Positions 63,033-64,000 of a stretch of DNA of 64,000 nucleotides are shown one piece after another. This DNA comes from Octopus bimaculoides (taxonomy: Eukaryota): positions 167,831,959 through 167,895,958 of the forward strand of contig NC_068981.1 in NCBI RefSeq assembly GCF_001194135.2, read 5' to 3'. A program made the translations under genes and the position numbers. The notes beneath the pieces are model-generated. The model saw nothing but the letters and a program-made list of their open reading frames with translations. It did not search any database and had not been told where the DNA came from. Each line of letters begins with the position of its first letter. Position 1 is the first letter of the stretch.

Positions 63033-63399
63033 GCTACTACTACTACTTCTACTACTACTACTATTAGTGGTTGAATACACGTTTAAACTCGCTGATGTAA
63101 AAGTAAAACTTGAAAAATGAAATAAACAGCAACGAAAATACACAGATTCGTATCTGTTTATCTCAAAGGAGTCATTTTTGCGGGTTCGTTCAGCAATGTA
63201 TTTAGTTAACATGCAGAACCACCGGGAATACTATTCAACGAATGAATTTTACTGATATACCTCAATGCATTCATACAATCCAGTAAAGGTGTAAGCTCCG
63301 TTAACCTAAATCTCTCACCTTATTTCGATTTTCGATGGAAAACATTTCGCTTCATTTACGCTGCTAATGTCAAATTTCCATTTACCTTCATATATGAAT

Positions 63400-63825
63400 G
63401 ATTGTGTGCTTAAAAAATTGGCTTCGTAATCGTGTTGTATCGGGTTCTGTCCCACTAGGTGGCACCTTGGGCAAGTCTCTTCTTCTATAACCTTGGGTTG
63501 ATCTGGGTCGACTAATGCCTTGTAATTTAATTTGTTAGACGGAAACTGTGTGGAATCCCGGTATATATATATATACATGTGTGTGTGCGCGTTTGTGTAT
63601 GTGCGCGTATCTTTGTTTTTTGTCGACCACCCCAATACTTGATAGCCGGTGTTGGTTTCTTTACATTCCTGTAACTTACCGGTTCGATAAAAGAAGATAA
63701 CAGAGTAATTACCAAACTTTACAAGATAAGTACTGGGATCGATTTGATCAACTAAATCTTGGAGGCAGTGCCCCAGCTTGGCCGCAGTCCATGAGTGAAA
63801 CAAGTGAACGAAAGACCAAGACTAA
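63400..63825 (+). mobile_element. Composite SINE: family C head + internal (TA)/(TG) microsatellite + family D tail
   Basis: The C part (63400-63562, GGCACCTTGGGCAAGTCTCTTC...GACGGAAACTG) is joined through a short SSR to the D part (63620-63825) on the same strand. Confidence 0.7.
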
Positions 63826-64000
63826 AAATATGAGTATACGTATATATGCATGTATACTTATTTGTGCGTATATAATAATAATAATAATAATATATGCTGG
63901 GGTGACAAACACAGACACACAAACATATACATACATACATATATATATATATATAAAGTGTAGTATATTGCCACTTAAGTGTGGCTGACCCCTAGGGGTG

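Overview
AT-rich eukaryotic genomic DNA with many N gaps and a very high density of microsatellites and interspersed repeats. The mollusc-type 5S rRNA sequence and the repeat landscape suggest an octopod cephalopod, which is an inference. I found no confident host protein-coding gene: almost all long ORFs in the track are artefacts of N gaps or simple repeats, and only weak candidate exons exist. The window reads as intergenic or intronic DNA built from decayed mobile elements. These include at least five tRNA-derived SINE families (labelled A, B, C/D, E and F here for convenience), an RTE LINE 3' end, several R4/Dong-like restriction-endonuclease (RLE) LINE ends sitting in microsatellites, Tc1/mariner remnants, MITEs and a probable solo LTR. 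The most notable items are: (i) a divergent pair of type-I hammerhead ribozymes, one fully intact, forming a ~147-bp inverted repeat at 42.26-42.85 kb, plus a second hammerhead-like family at 56.7 and 61.5 kb behind a GIY-YIG-like (Penelope) remnant; (ii) three head-to-tail RLE-LINE 3' ends stacked at (CATA)n tracts; (iii) a palindromic mariner built from two 3' ends; (iv) a 5S rRNA copy abutting a tRNA-SINE. Coordinates were counted by hand and edges of degenerate repeats are approximate.
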